In this document: positions 19,736 through 30,029 of the stretch, in pieces
Numbering within the stretch: the stretch's first letter is position 1
Layout: the number at the start of each line of letters is the position of its first letter
IMG/VR virus record: IMGVR_UViG_3300042924_001821
Location: 1-53,215 of that record
DNA length: 53,215 nucleotides
Direction: 5' to 3' (one strand)
Source: a virus
Lineage: Duplodnaviria > Caudoviricetes
Made by a program: the position numbers and the translations under genes
Notes under the pieces: generated by a model
Databases searched by the model: none
Told to the model about the DNA's origin: nothing
What the model saw: only the letters and a program-made list of their open reading frames with translations

Positions 19736-22700
19736 ATGGAATTTGAATTTCTTGGTGAAGTTAGTGGTAAATCTGAAAAACCATCTACGACAAAACCGAA
19801 TGATTCTGGAATTGAGTTTGAATTTTTAGATGAAGCTACAGAGCAACCGTCTGGCACATCTTTCGGAAAAGAAGTATCACAGCTTGGGTCTGCATTTGTT
19901 GAATCTATTGGTCGTCCATTGGAAAACATGGGGGAATCTTTTGAGTCCTTTGGATTCACGGGTGTAGCTAATGCGCTTAAAGGAGCTATTACAGAACCAG
20001 AGAACTATGTTTCCGCAGGGCAAAGGTTTATAGAGCCAGCACCAGATGAAGCTCAGTTTATGGGATTCGCTTGGCAGTATGCTCCAAGAGCGGCAGTCGA
20101 ACAAGTCGGTCAAGCAATCGGAGCAATAGGAACAAGGGCAGTTGGTGCTGCTGCTGGTGGAGCAGTTGCTGGCCCACCGGGCGCGATTGCTGGTGGGTTT
20201 TTAGGCCCAGCAATATTTGGAGCCGCACAAGTTATCGGCCCAGTAGCTAAAGAACGAGCAAAGAACAATGGCCGCGAAGTTCCGAATAATAGTGACTTGG
20301 TTGCTGCTACTCTAACTGCTATCGGGTCTGGTTCTTTGGATGCGATTGGAGCAAGATACCTGCCCGGAGGAGACAAGGCTACTGGCAAATTCTTCAAACG
20401 AGTAGCTTCATCATTTGTTGGAGAAGGTGTGCTTACAGAAACTCCGCAATCTTTTATCGAGCAAATTGGTTCTACTGCTGGAACTGAAAAAGGATTAAAC
20501 ATCAATGTTAAGCAAGCTGTAGGTGAAGGATTGATTGGCGGCACAAGTGCTGCTGGACTTACAGCAATCGTTTCTCCTTTCTCTAAACCAACTGAGAACC
20601 AAGTTATCCGCACTCCAGAAGAAGCAGAGGAACTTGACATTAATGCTAAGGCTAACCAAGAAGCGATATTGTTGATGGGTGATCCAGCAGATCAAACCCA
20701 AAACGAGCGCATCACCAAATTAAAGGAAATAGAATCGGTCATAGCCAACAACGAAACTTTGATGAGTGGCTTGGAGCCTAATGCGCCAGAGAGAACCAAA
20801 CTTGATTTGGAGAATCGGGCGGCAATCAAAGAGGCTGAAAAACTGAAGTTGGAGATAAAGCAATCAGTAGGATTATCGGAACCGATAACAGAAGCCGAAC
20901 GTCAGCAAGCCGAGTTAGCCAAGGCGATAGTAGAAGAACCTACCCCAACTGTTAAGGAATCCTTGACAGTTCAGCCTGCACAAGCCGCCCCAGTAGCCGC
21001 ACCAGTAGAACAAGTAGTCACGCCACCAGTAGAGGTTGCGCCACTTCCCCTAAGAACAGTTGAAGAATCTATTCAGAACAAAGATACCTTTGAGTTTGAA
21101 GGGATGCGCGGGGCAGTAACACTTGAAGATGACACTGCTGTATTCCGTCCGTTTGGAACAAATGATAAGTATGAAGTTCCAATCAATCCCAACCAAGCTA
21201 TCAGTGAGATCGAAGGAATCCAATGGGTTCGCAAAGGACAGACTCGCCAAGTTCCAGTTGAGCCAACAATTCCAGAAGTTGCAGCAATAGTTGAATCGCA
21301 ACCACAGATTACAGAAGAAGAATTTAATGCTACGGAAGATGACTTCCAACTTCCTCCATCTTTGATTGAGATTGAAAAGTCACCAACGCTAAATGCGATA
21401 GCTGATATTTTTAATACGGGTGAATCGAAGATTGTCCAAGAAGGTAAGCGAGCGAAGAAAGTTTCAGCTACTCCAGAGTTCTATAGGCAGATCAGTCCAG
21501 AACAAGTTGATGTAGCCAATAAGCAAATTGATAATGCGTTAAGGATCATTGATAACCTGCCTGTATCTGAAGAACAGAAGCAAACATTGGCAGAACCATA
21601 TCTGTTAATCGACCAAGACATTTCAACTTATGAAAACAATCCAGAATACAAACAATACAAAGCCTCAATTCGCAGGGAAGTTCGCCCTGCTGACCAAGCT
21701 GTCGCACTCCCAGAAACTGTTGGCAAAACTAAAGCCACAGCAAAAAAACCAAAACTCGGAGAAAAAGGCGGCGTTCTAATCCCCACCAAAGAAGACTTCA
21801 TCCAAGCAGGACAGAACATCTACGAGGCTGGCATGGAGTTTGGTGCTTGGGCTAAACAGATGATCCAAAGATTCGGTGATGCGGTCAGGGAATTTCTTGG
21901 GGAAGTATGGCAAGCAGTGAGTGGTGCGCCAGCGAAGTTGAATGAACTGATGGGGTATCTTCCGAAGAAGGGTGAGACTGGAGCAGTCAATGTTGGTAAG
22001 GGTAAGATAGGTGAGAAAGCTAAAGCCGCAGAAAAACCAGCACAACCTACTTTAGAACAACCAACACCTACACCAGAGAAGCCAGCGGCAGAACCCGCGC
22101 CAACAGGTCGTGAGCAACCATCTAAAACTACTCGCCGCACCACAATAATGAGTGTAGAGGCGGGAGAAGAGGTAGAAACTCCAGAGGCTATTATTGCCAG
22201 AACAAAAGATTTACTTCGTAAACAATTCGATCCTACGAAAGTAACCGAGAAGAATACTACTGAAGCATTCCGCGCATTAGGGAAGTTGGCTGGAAATAGG
22301 AAAGAAGCATTGGCATACGCCGAACAACTTAATGACATCGGCAGATTGGTAGATAAATCTGGCGCAGCGAGTGAGATTAGCATGGGCGCAGCGTTGTTTG
22401 TGAATGATTTGTTTGAGTATTCCATCAGACTCGCGGCAGAAGGTGATAGCAAGATGCTTGGTATAATGATGGCAAACATCAACAGGCTACCTACCGCAAT
22501 GATTGGAGCGAGTGATGCGGGTAGAACGCTCGCGGCAAGAGCAGAGTTGAAAGCTCGATTCAGTATGATGGGACAAGCCGAGCAGGATGCCTACGCAAAC
22601 TATGTAGCAGAGTTCATCTACGGGCCTAACCCAACGAAAGAACAAATCAAATCCATCAAGGATGCCTATGCAGCGGTTGAGAAAACTCCACAAGTAACCG

Positions 22701-25639
22701 AGCAAGAATTGACTGATGAGATTGCAGCGGTTGGTGGCAGAACTGGAACTGACTTGGTTGGTAAGATCAACGAGGAGTTCACTAAAGCTACTGAGAAGAA
22801 GACCGAGCAGCGCAAGACTGAGTTGGAAGAACTTGATAAGGAATACAAGAAGATTCAAAACCAAGCAGACGCTGAGATTGAAAAGCTCGCCAAGATTCAG
22901 TCTGATACGCCTTCGTTCGATCCAGCAGCAGCAAGGCAGACCGCGAATGATGTCCGTGCTATCGTAGCTAATGACCTAAAGCAACGCCCAGACATGGGGC
23001 GCAAAGCTCCTTGGAAGTCTATGTTGGTTGCCAAACTACAAGAAGCAGGGGTGGAACTGGCGGCAGCAGAGACATTGGCAGATATTGTTTGGAGACAGCA
23101 TGAGATCAACAACCTTTCGAGGGAACTATCTTCAATCAACAAAGCGATAGAGAAGGGGCCAATCTCGGAGATTGTCAAAGCAATCAAAGAAACTCCGCTG
23201 GAAGATCAACAGAATCCTAACTGGAGATATGAGGTCATGCGTGACTACCTCCGCAGAGCAGGGTTGACTATTGCCCAATCGGAAAGGATTGCCAAGTTGA
23301 TGGACATCTCGCTCCAGAAACGCTTCACAATGGCGCAAGAGCAAGCATTCACAGATGCTATCAGTAAGTCTGCACCTTGGAAAGCTGGAGATACCAGAAG
23401 CCGCCGCGCATTTCAGAAGGTATTGCAAGCCCTCCGCGCTGGCGCATTAGACCCTGCAAGGAATGTATTGAGTGACATGGCGGCATTGAATGGATGGACT
23501 GGGTTTACTCCAGACCAATACAAGACTCTTCTCAAGAATGACGCTATCCTATCTGATCCAGAGTCCGCTGATGCAACAAAGGCTGAAGCGCATAAGGCAA
23601 TCCAAGACACCATCTCTAAAGCCAAGCTGCCTATCCGAGCAAGGGATGTTATCGGGCAATACTACGATGCTCAAGCGTTGAGCGGTATCCCTACTGTGAC
23701 TGTGAACATCTTCTCGCCTGCTGGTGTAGCGGTGAAGAATGCGCTAACCCAAGCCTTGAATGGTGTAATAACAGCAAGACCAGAGCAGATCACAGCTTCA
23801 TTGACTACCTTTATTGACTCAATCAAATCGTGGGCAAACACAGTAGCTTTCTCTTTCAAGAACAATGTCACAGTTTACTCTAATGTTGAATACTTGGTGA
23901 ATGATGAGGCGCTTCTGAAGCTCTACAAGAAAGGCGTAGATCAGTTTAACAACGGCAAGACTCCCCGCGATAGGGCAGACGGGGTAAAGAACATGATGAT
24001 TGGTATGATGGATTATGTTCGTCGTATCTTGAATGCTCTTGACTACGGAGCTATCGCTTCTCTTCAGAACCAATCGGTATCCAAGTATGCCTTGGCCGCT
24101 ATGCAGGCAAAGGGAATGTCCAGCAAGGATGGAGCAAAGATGCTCAATGCCATGATGGAAGAGAAGCGAAACTTCTACAATGACCAGATCGCTATCGGAA
24201 CCGATAAAAACAAAGCAGCGGTTCTTGCTGATGAGTTCTTCATCTCCTCATGGAGACAAGCATTGACTGACGCGAAACTTCCAGCGCAAGAAGTGATGGA
24301 TGCCGCGCTCAACGATGCTATGTCATCAGTAGGCAGAAACAGACAGTCACTCGACGCATTCCGCGAAGAGGATACTAATATTCGTGATGAAGGCGTGACA
24401 TCCTATCCTGCTATTTGGCTATTGGAGACAATGGCAAACGCTGCCAACCAAAGTGACAAGCAACTTATCAAAATCTTCAGCAGAATTATCTATGGATTCG
24501 CAGTAGTTCCCGCTCGCGTTCTACGAGAGACAGCATGGTTCTCTCCGTATGGAGCAGTTCGTTTTGCATACGATGCCATCGCAAAGAAGATGGGTAAGGC
24601 ATCTCCATATGCACAGAGTTTGGGTAATGATCTTCAGTATCGCCAAAGGCTGACTGAAACTATTACTGGTAGTTTAGTCATGCTTGCATTCGCGGCGGCA
24701 ATGTCATCATCAACCGAAGATGAAGATGATGAGAAGCCATTCAAGATTGTGGTAACTGGCAACGGCCCTCTCCGTAGTGAAGACCCGCAGTTCTACGATT
24801 CTTGGATGAAGAACAATAGGCCGAACACTGTGAGGGTTCAATTCGGTAAAACCAAATTCACGATCAATACCATGAGAGGGTTTGAAGCCTTTGCTTGGCC
24901 TGCCATGATGCTTGGCGCGGTGGATGACTGGCATATTCGCAGAAAGCAAAAGCGTGAGACGAATACTCCAGTGCAGATGGGTGATGCAGCTATCATTGGA
25001 GGGTTTATCTTGAGTGCTTCACTTCGTCGCGGCCCATATGCTTTTGCTGCTAAACCTCTCTTTGAAGCCTATGGAGATCGAGGAGTAGAGAGCTTGGCAA
25101 AGAGCCTTGCATTCCCCGCAAAGACTATAGTTCCGGTATTGGGATCAAGTCTTGCAAGTAACATCTCAAACTTCCTAAACGAGCCAGTAGATAGGCGAAC
25201 ATTGGAAGGTGCGTTGTGGGCTAATGTCCCATTCATCGGGCCTGCTGTAGCACCGAAATCTTTAAACGCATTTGGTGAACCAGCGATGGCAAACGATGCT
25301 GCTGACAAAATATTCAAGCTCGGAGTTCCGATTGTTTTTGACATCCCGACTGATAGGGATTCGGTGAATCTCCATGAGTTAGTCTTGAAGCAGGGTGGCG
25401 GGCCAAGCATACCGACTCGGAATCAGCTTGCACAGAGGCTCGATAGGCAACCAACCAACAAAGAATACGAGATGTTCGTGAAGGAATATGGTGCGGTTCT
25501 CACGAAGTCGATGAAGAAGAATTACGAGAAACTTTCTGCGATGAAACCGGAGGCTTACACTAAGGTTGTTGAGCGGATCGGTAATCGTGCAAAGGACATC
25601 GCGGAGAACAAAGTTAGGATAGCTACAAAAAAACCTTGA
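19736..25639 (+). CDS. Large internal virion/ejection protein (1967 aa)
   Basis: GAAAGGAVAGPPGAIAGG membrane-type motif, mostly helical; last gene of the structural operon. Confidence 0.65.
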   Translation: MEFEFLGEVSGKSEKPSTTKPNDSGIEFEFLDEATEQPSGTSFGKEVSQLGSAFVESIGRPLENMGESFESFGFTGVANALKGAITEPENYVSAGQRFIEPAPDEAQFMGFAWQYAPRAAVEQVGQAIGAIGTRAVGAAAGGAVAGPPGAIAGGFLGPAIFGAAQVIGPVAKERAKNNGREVPNNSDLVAATLTAIGSGSLDAIGARYLPGGDKATGKFFKRVASSFVGEGVLTETPQSFIEQIGSTAGTEKGLNINVKQAVGEGLIGGTSAAGLTAIVSPFSKPTENQVIRTPEEAEELDINAKANQEAILLMGDPADQTQNERITKLKEIESVIANNETLMSGLEPNAPERTKLDLENRAAIKEAEKLKLEIKQSVGLSEPITEAERQQAELAKAIVEEPTPTVKESLTVQPAQAAPVAAPVEQVVTPPVEVAPLPLRTVEESIQNKDTFEFEGMRGAVTLEDDTAVFRPFGTNDKYEVPINPNQAISEIEGIQWVRKGQTRQVPVEPTIPEVAAIVESQPQITEEEFNATEDDFQLPPSLIEIEKSPTLNAIADIFNTGESKIVQEGKRAKKVSATPEFYRQISPEQVDVANKQIDNALRIIDNLPVSEEQKQTLAEPYLLIDQDISTYENNPEYKQYKASIRREVRPADQAVALPETVGKTKATAKKPKLGEKGGVLIPTKEDFIQAGQNIYEAGMEFGAWAKQMIQRFGDAVREFLGEVWQAVSGAPAKLNELMGYLPKKGETGAVNVGKGKIGEKAKAAEKPAQPTLEQPTPTPEKPAAEPAPTGREQPSKTTRRTTIMSVEAGEEVETPEAIIARTKDLLRKQFDPTKVTEKNTTEAFRALGKLAGNRKEALAYAEQLNDIGRLVDKSGAASEISMGAALFVNDLFEYSIRLAAEGDSKMLGIMMANINRLPTAMIGASDAGRTLAARAELKARFSMMGQAEQDAYANYVAEFIYGPNPTKEQIKSIKDAYAAVEKTPQVTEQELTDEIAAVGGRTGTDLVGKINEEFTKATEKKTEQRKTELEELDKEYKKIQNQADAEIEKLAKIQSDTPSFDPAAARQTANDVRAIVANDLKQRPDMGRKAPWKSMLVAKLQEAGVELAAAETLADIVWRQHEINNLSRELSSINKAIEKGPISEIVKAIKETPLEDQQNPNWRYEVMRDYLRRAGLTIAQSERIAKLMDISLQKRFTMAQEQAFTDAISKSAPWKAGDTRSRRAFQKVLQALRAGALDPARNVLSDMAALNGWTGFTPDQYKTLLKNDAILSDPESADATKAEAHKAIQDTISKAKLPIRARDVIGQYYDAQALSGIPTVTVNIFSPAGVAVKNALTQALNGVITARPEQITASLTTFIDSIKSWANTVAFSFKNNVTVYSNVEYLVNDEALLKLYKKGVDQFNNGKTPRDRADGVKNMMIGMMDYVRRILNALDYGAIASLQNQSVSKYALAAMQAKGMSSKDGAKMLNAMMEEKRNFYNDQIAIGTDKNKAAVLADEFFISSWRQALTDAKLPAQEVMDAALNDAMSSVGRNRQSLDAFREEDTNIRDEGVTSYPAIWLLETMANAANQSDKQLIKIFSRIIYGFAVVPARVLRETAWFSPYGAVRFAYDAIAKKMGKASPYAQSLGNDLQYRQRLTETITGSLVMLAFAAAMSSSTEDEDDEKPFKIVVTGNGPLRSEDPQFYDSWMKNNRPNTVRVQFGKTKFTINTMRGFEAFAWPAMMLGAVDDWHIRRKQKRETNTPVQMGDAAIIGGFILSASLRRGPYAFAAKPLFEAYGDRGVESLAKSLAFPAKTIVPVLGSSLASNISNFLNEPVDRRTLEGALWANVPFIGPAVAPKSLNAFGEPAMANDAADKIFKLGVPIVFDIPTDRDSVNLHELVLKQGGGPSIPTRNQLAQRLDRQPTNKEYEMFVKEYGAVLTKSMKKNYEKLSAMKPEAYTKVVERIGNRAKDIAENKVRIATKKP

Positions 25640-25663
25640 CACCCGCAGAGGCTCATGTAGATT
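25636..25663 (+). promoter_or_regulatory. Sigma70-like promoter TTGACA-N16-TAGATT
   Basis: Same -35, -10 and spacing as the promoter at 25792. Confidence 0.55.
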
Positions 25664-25669
25664 GGCTCT

Positions 25670-25742
25670 GCAACATTCGGGATGTTGTATTCGTGTTATT
25701 CATTAGGTTGACGCACCTCGGAGAAATCTGGGGTGCGTTTTC
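25670..25742 (+). ncRNA. Candidate small RNA (~75 nt)
   Basis: Lies between a promoter and an intrinsic terminator; 5' hairpin GCAACAT-tcggg-ATGTTGT; no ORF. Confidence 0.4.
25710..25742 (+). terminator. Intrinsic terminator
   Basis: GACGCACC...GGTGCGTT stem followed by T tract, at the end of the structural operon. Confidence 0.75.
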
Positions 25743-25791
25743 TAATTATCGGAACCGATAAAAATATTTTCTAAAAAGTATTAAAAAAATG

Positions 25792-25819
25792 TTGACACGA
25801 TTTTCGCGGTATATAGATT
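25792..25819 (+). promoter_or_regulatory. Sigma70-like promoter for the recombination operon
   Basis: TTGACA-N16-TAGATT with an AT-rich upstream element; palindrome copy at 25746-25761 just upstream. Confidence 0.7.
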
Positions 25820-25858
25820 GGGCTTGTGAACGGCACAACCTCCGTCCATAAAAATCCA

Positions 25859-26068
25859 ATGAAAGAAACACCAACAGTAAAAAAAGAAGTAGCAGAAAAA
25901 CCAGCAGTGAACTCCGAACTCCAGCGTGACATCTATCTCCGCTTGGTATCGGCAGCGGCAGCAGATGGACGATTCCTTCTCGGCAATCTTCCCAATGCAC
26001 AGGCAGTAGTCAAGCAGGGCGACCACCTCAAGGGTGTGGCTGAAATCCTTGCCAAGTGCTACGAATAA
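25859..26068 (+). CDS. Hypothetical protein
   Basis: ATG after A-rich leader; first gene after promoter. Confidence 0.6.
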   Translation: MKETPTVKKEVAEKPAVNSELQRDIYLRLVSAAAADGRFLLGNLPNAQAVVKQGDHLKGVAEILAKCYE

Positions 26069-26205
26069 TGGAAGACGATTACGATCTTTCTTCGGAAATC
26101 GAAGAGGCGCGTCACGAAGCATACATCCATAAATGCGCGATGCGCGACATGGATCAAGGCATCCGACCTACCTATTGGGACGAACCAAATGACGATCACG
26201 AATAG
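26068..26205 (+). CDS. Small acidic hypothetical protein (45 aa, not in ORF track)
   Basis: MEDDYDLSSEIEEARHEAY...; TAATG coupling. Confidence 0.55.
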   Translation: MEDDYDLSSEIEEARHEAYIHKCAMRDMDQGIRPTYWDEPNDDHE

Positions 26206-27058
26206 ATATGACCTCCCCGCCCCTATGTATCGGGCGTTGGCACACGATGGTTATATGGCTGGTCAAAGGAAAGCTGACATCTCAGTGACTACTTTGATTG
26301 GGCCACCGAAGATCAACCAACTCAAGAAACGATACTCTGACCAGATCGTAGAAGACGCATCCGATAGGGTGTGGGCATTGCTTGGTCAGTCAGTGCATAA
26401 AGTTCTTGAACTGGCAGGCGGCGAAGATGAGATGACTGAAAAGCGTCTATACAAAGAAATCAATGGATGGACGCTGACTGGTCAGACTGACCTCTATGAA
26501 GTGGAGAAAGGAATTGTCTCTGACTTCAAGGTAACTTCAGTCTTCTCATTTCTTCTCGGACAAAAATCTGAGTGGGTAGCCCAACTCAACTGCAACGCCC
26601 TACTTTGGAGAGAGTATGGGTATTCCCCAAAGAAACTCCAGATCGTCGCCATCCTCCGTGACTGGCAGGCAAGTAAGGCAGAGTTTGATAAAGAGTATCC
26701 TCAATGTGCAGTTCACATTGTTGACATACCACTTTGGAATAACGAAGAATGTTTGCGCTACGCTACGGAGAGGATTAAACTTCACCAAGCGGCGGCAGCA
26801 ATGCCAGACGATACCATCCCTGCCTGTGATCCAAAGGAACGCTGGGCTAAACCAGATACCTTTGCCATCAAGAAGGACGGGAACAAACGAGCAGCAAAAG
26901 TGTGCGAGACATTGGAGGAAGCTGAAAGACTGCTACCTACCTATGGCGCGAAACACTCAATCGAAAAACGAAGCGGAGGGGATATGCGCTGCGAGCGTTA
27001 CTGCTCAGTAGCACCCTTCTGCCACTACTACAAAACAACCTATAAATCAAATGAGTAA
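26189..27058 (+). CDS. PD-(D/E)xK exonuclease, Cas4/RecB-like
   Basis: ISVTTL, G..VH..LE, LTGQTDLY...DFKVT, QLN.N motifs; C-terminal RCERYCSVAPFC cysteines. Confidence 0.8.
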   Translation: MTITNRYDLPAPMYRALAHDGYMAGQRKADISVTTLIGPPKINQLKKRYSDQIVEDASDRVWALLGQSVHKVLELAGGEDEMTEKRLYKEINGWTLTGQTDLYEVEKGIVSDFKVTSVFSFLLGQKSEWVAQLNCNALLWREYGYSPKKLQIVAILRDWQASKAEFDKEYPQCAVHIVDIPLWNNEECLRYATERIKLHQAAAAMPDDTIPACDPKERWAKPDTFAIKKDGNKRAAKVCETLEEAERLLPTYGAKHSIEKRSGGDMRCERYCSVAPFCHYYKTTYKSNE

Positions 27059-27875
27059 CCAATTAGAAGGAATCGAACAGAAAGACATCATTAAACGAGT
27101 GACTGGTAAGGTCACTAAATTGTGGGAAGCCAAGACATTCAATGGCCCGAAGGGTGAGTTTGTCATCCAAGGTGGAGAGATTGAGATCGACGGACAAACC
27201 TACGGCCTCAAGTTCTTCAACAATACACAGGAACAATCTATCAAAGGTAATGTAGTCACATTGTCCTCAGTCCGTGGCAAGCATGGTCTGACTGGCGTAT
27301 CGCTGGAGCATGAGTCCTACGATGGTAAGAATGGTAGGGTAGATCGTGACATCATCAAGGTAACAGCCACTGGTAAGGTTGAGTTCGACTTGCCAAGCGA
27401 AGAGCCTGCCCGTGTCACCTCAACACCCAAGACTATCGTAACCGATAATCCAGAGAAGGCATTGGATGAGATTGTTGAGATGCACCAATACATCGACTCC
27501 TTGGTTCGCATGGCTTATCTCGGCAAGATCACAGACGAAGAAACCCTTCGCTCGTATGTCTCATCGGTCTTCATCGAAGCTAACCGCAAAGGTATCCACT
27601 ACTCATCGAAGGCCGAAGCACCAAAGAAGGAAGAACCGAAGGAAGAACTTAATCCCGATGACTGGGGTTCAGCAATCGTTCCAGAAGGACATCCTAAGTT
27701 CAAAGAACTTGGTGGCAAGAAGCTGGCAGAGATCGGCAAGCCTGCCCTTACTAAACTCTACGAGTATTTCTTGGAGAAAGGATTCACAACTCCATTCGCT
27801 AAGTGCGTAGAGAAAGCAGCGGAAGACCTCAGCCTCGATGCTCCAGTAGAAGAAGCAGACGAAATCCCTTGGTAA
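27051..27875 (+). CDS. Putative single-stranded DNA-binding/annealing protein
   Basis: OB-fold-like N-terminus, acidic tail ending EEADEIPW, adjacent to exonuclease. Confidence 0.6.
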   Translation: MSNQLEGIEQKDIIKRVTGKVTKLWEAKTFNGPKGEFVIQGGEIEIDGQTYGLKFFNNTQEQSIKGNVVTLSSVRGKHGLTGVSLEHESYDGKNGRVDRDIIKVTATGKVEFDLPSEEPARVTSTPKTIVTDNPEKALDEIVEMHQYIDSLVRMAYLGKITDEETLRSYVSSVFIEANRKGIHYSSKAEAPKKEEPKEELNPDDWGSAIVPEGHPKFKELGGKKLAEIGKPALTKLYEYFLEKGFTTPFAKCVEKAAEDLSLDAPVEEADEIPW

Positions 27876-27917
27876 TCCTGTTCTCCCCAGAACACCTAAC
27901 CTAAACCTAAACACAAC

Positions 27918-28895
27918 ATGAAAAAGAAAGAATTAGAATTGTTCAGTCCAACTCAAGAGGGCGTTATTGTTCCTCTTAATAAGTATCTCAAGCAAATGGT
28001 AGAGTTTGCTAAATCAGAATGGCCGGGAGTAGCGATTACAGACTCCAAGGTAAAGGAAGTCTGGAAACTTGTAGCTTCCAACAGCTACATTGATGACGAC
28101 CAACCAAATGAGGTTGCCGAAATGTTTGAGAAGATGTCCGCTGACTTGGATATGGCCGAGGAAATGGAAGAGGAACGCCTTGCCATGCCAGCAGTAGCAG
28201 AAGAAGTTGAGGTCGAACTTACCGAAGATGAACCAGTCAATGAATCCCTCGCTCTTGTGGAGAGTGTGAAGGATGGATTGGAACTCAGTTCATTCACACA
28301 GAAGTTCGACATCGGATCGGGAATGACGCAGTGCGTTCCCAAAGGTAAGGTAGAGATGAAAGACTGGGTGGCGGCATTCGCCTTCGGTCTGACTCTGGAG
28401 TCCGGCGCACAATGGATCATCGGTGATTCGGTTGTAGCTTTGGAGAACGCAGGGCATGAGGATGTAGTGAACCAACTCTGTTCTAACTTTAAAAAGAGCT
28501 ATCCAACTGTGTCTGGTTACGCCCGTGCTTGCCGCGCATTCCCCGCTGATAAGCGTGATCCTGCCCTTCCATTCACAGTTTATCGAGAGATTGGCAACGC
28601 TAACTTCGGAGACAACAGCAGTAAGAAACAGCAAGAACTTCTTGAAGCAGCGAAGACGGAGAAGCTATCCTCAACTGAAGTCCGCAACCGAGTGCGGCAT
28701 GAGCAGGGTAAAGAAGTAGATAAACCATCCGGTCATCGCTTCCTTCTCCTCAATGTCGGTAACTTCAGCAACTCAGAAGTTCTCCGCTCAATGCCCGAAG
28801 AAGTGCAAGAACATCAACTGCTGATCGACCTTGGCGACAAGTCATGGTTTGATCCAGCGGAAGGTGAATGGATGAAATTCTTGAAAGAGGCTTGA
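27918..28895 (+). CDS. Hypothetical protein, possibly DNA-binding
   Basis: 325 aa; QWIIGD...helical region, LLEAAKTEKLSSTEVR. Confidence 0.55.
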   Translation: MKKKELELFSPTQEGVIVPLNKYLKQMVEFAKSEWPGVAITDSKVKEVWKLVASNSYIDDDQPNEVAEMFEKMSADLDMAEEMEEERLAMPAVAEEVEVELTEDEPVNESLALVESVKDGLELSSFTQKFDIGSGMTQCVPKGKVEMKDWVAAFAFGLTLESGAQWIIGDSVVALENAGHEDVVNQLCSNFKKSYPTVSGYARACRAFPADKRDPALPFTVYREIGNANFGDNSSKKQQELLEAAKTEKLSSTEVRNRVRHEQGKEVDKPSGHRFLLLNVGNFSNSEVLRSMPEEVQEHQLLIDLGDKSWFDPAEGEWMKFLKEA

Positions 28896-28896
28896 T

Positions 28897-29370
28897 ATGA
28901 GTGAGTGGGAAACATTTTGCGATACCTGCTACTACGATCTGTGGCGGTTGCGCCGGAAGGATGAGCGGGGGTTTAATGATGGGTATCACCTCCAGAATGA
29001 GAAAGAAGCGAAGGCTTTGGTCGAACTATTGAACCGACTTGAGCGTGAGCGAGATTTCTCAAGAAAAAACCACGCGCTTGCAGTTGAATCAATCTTTGCA
29101 TGGAAAGAACGAGCGAAGAAAGCGGAACGCGAGCGCGACGAAGCGAGGGCAGACGCTCATAATTACAAAGAGGGGTATCATATTTACAGCCTTCAAGCTG
29201 ATTTTATAGAGCGCAAGCTAAACGAAACGAAAAAACAAATAAAAGAGCTAATATCTATTGCAAAACGAGCTATTTCATTAGCTGAAATAGATGTTGATAA
29301 CGACAAGTTTGGAATCGTATCTGAACTTAGGTATGAATTAAGAGAAATCATGCAGGAGGAAGCGAAATGA
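28897..29370 (+). CDS. Coiled-coil protein with ERERDEAR repeats
   Basis: LERERD, AERERDEAR. Confidence 0.65.
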   Translation: MSEWETFCDTCYYDLWRLRRKDERGFNDGYHLQNEKEAKALVELLNRLERERDFSRKNHALAVESIFAWKERAKKAERERDEARADAHNYKEGYHIYSLQADFIERKLNETKKQIKELISIAKRAISLAEIDVDNDKFGIVSELRYELREIMQEEAK

Positions 29371-29561
29371 ATAAAACAGCAGTAGCATTAGCATTTATTT
29401 GCGGTTTTTATGTGGGGTTACTTCTTACTGCACAGTTAATGTTAGTGTTTTTTGTTAATCCAATTCAGGAAGACGCTATTAGACTGTGATATGCAGAAAT
29501 GAAACTACAAACACCATACGATACTAAATCAGTATTTACTTGGAAGGAAAACGCAAAATGA
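29367..29561 (+). pseudogene. Small membrane protein gene with in-frame TGA at 29487-29489
   Basis: ATGA-coupled at both ends; reads MNKTAVALAFICG...AIRL*YAEMKLQ...ENAK. Confidence 0.55.
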
Positions 29562-29755
29562 ATTACCAGCCTACACCAGAGACGGATGCAGTATTGGATC
29601 GCTTTTTGGGATCGAGAAAATGGCAGGAGCTTACAGATTTAAGCTGCAAGCTGGAGCGCGAACGCAACGAGGCGAGAGCGCAAAACGCCAAACTCCTAAA
29701 CAAACTTGATAAACTTTATCGTGACGCAGAAATCGAACGATTCAAGAGGAGGTAA
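29558..29755 (+). CDS. TPETD/ERER family small protein
   Basis: PTPETDA...KLERERNEAR. Confidence 0.65.
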   Translation: MNYQPTPETDAVLDRFLGSRKWQELTDLSCKLERERNEARAQNAKLLNKLDKLYRDAEIERFKRR

Positions 29756-29756
29756 A

Positions 29757-30026
29757 ATGAGTGATAATAGAACAATGATTCAAAAAATCTTAGTGAAGCT
29801 ATGCGTGTTCTCATCTAAGCAACTCATAGGCATTGCTAACAAAGCGTTGAATGATAGGCAGGAAATATTTGAAAGATTAGAAAAAGAGAAAGCAAGATTT
29901 CAAGCTATCAACTCACGCTTGCTGGTAAGGCTGGCGATGACAGAGAGAGCGCGAAACGAAGCTCAAGCAGAAGTGCAAAGATTAACTAACTTAGAAATAG
30001 CAAGACAACAAAACAAAGAACAATAA
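29757..30026 (+). CDS. Small coiled-coil protein
   Basis: AGGAGG upstream; ERARNEAQ. Confidence 0.6.
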   Translation: MSDNRTMIQKILVKLCVFSSKQLIGIANKALNDRQEIFERLEKEKARFQAINSRLLVRLAMTERARNEAQAEVQRLTNLEIARQQNKEQ

Positions 30027-30029
30027 TTT

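Noticed and set aside
26189-27058. Cas4-like gene as part of a CRISPR system
   Set aside because: No repeat-spacer array or other cas genes seen; context next to an SSB-like gene fits a recombination nuclease
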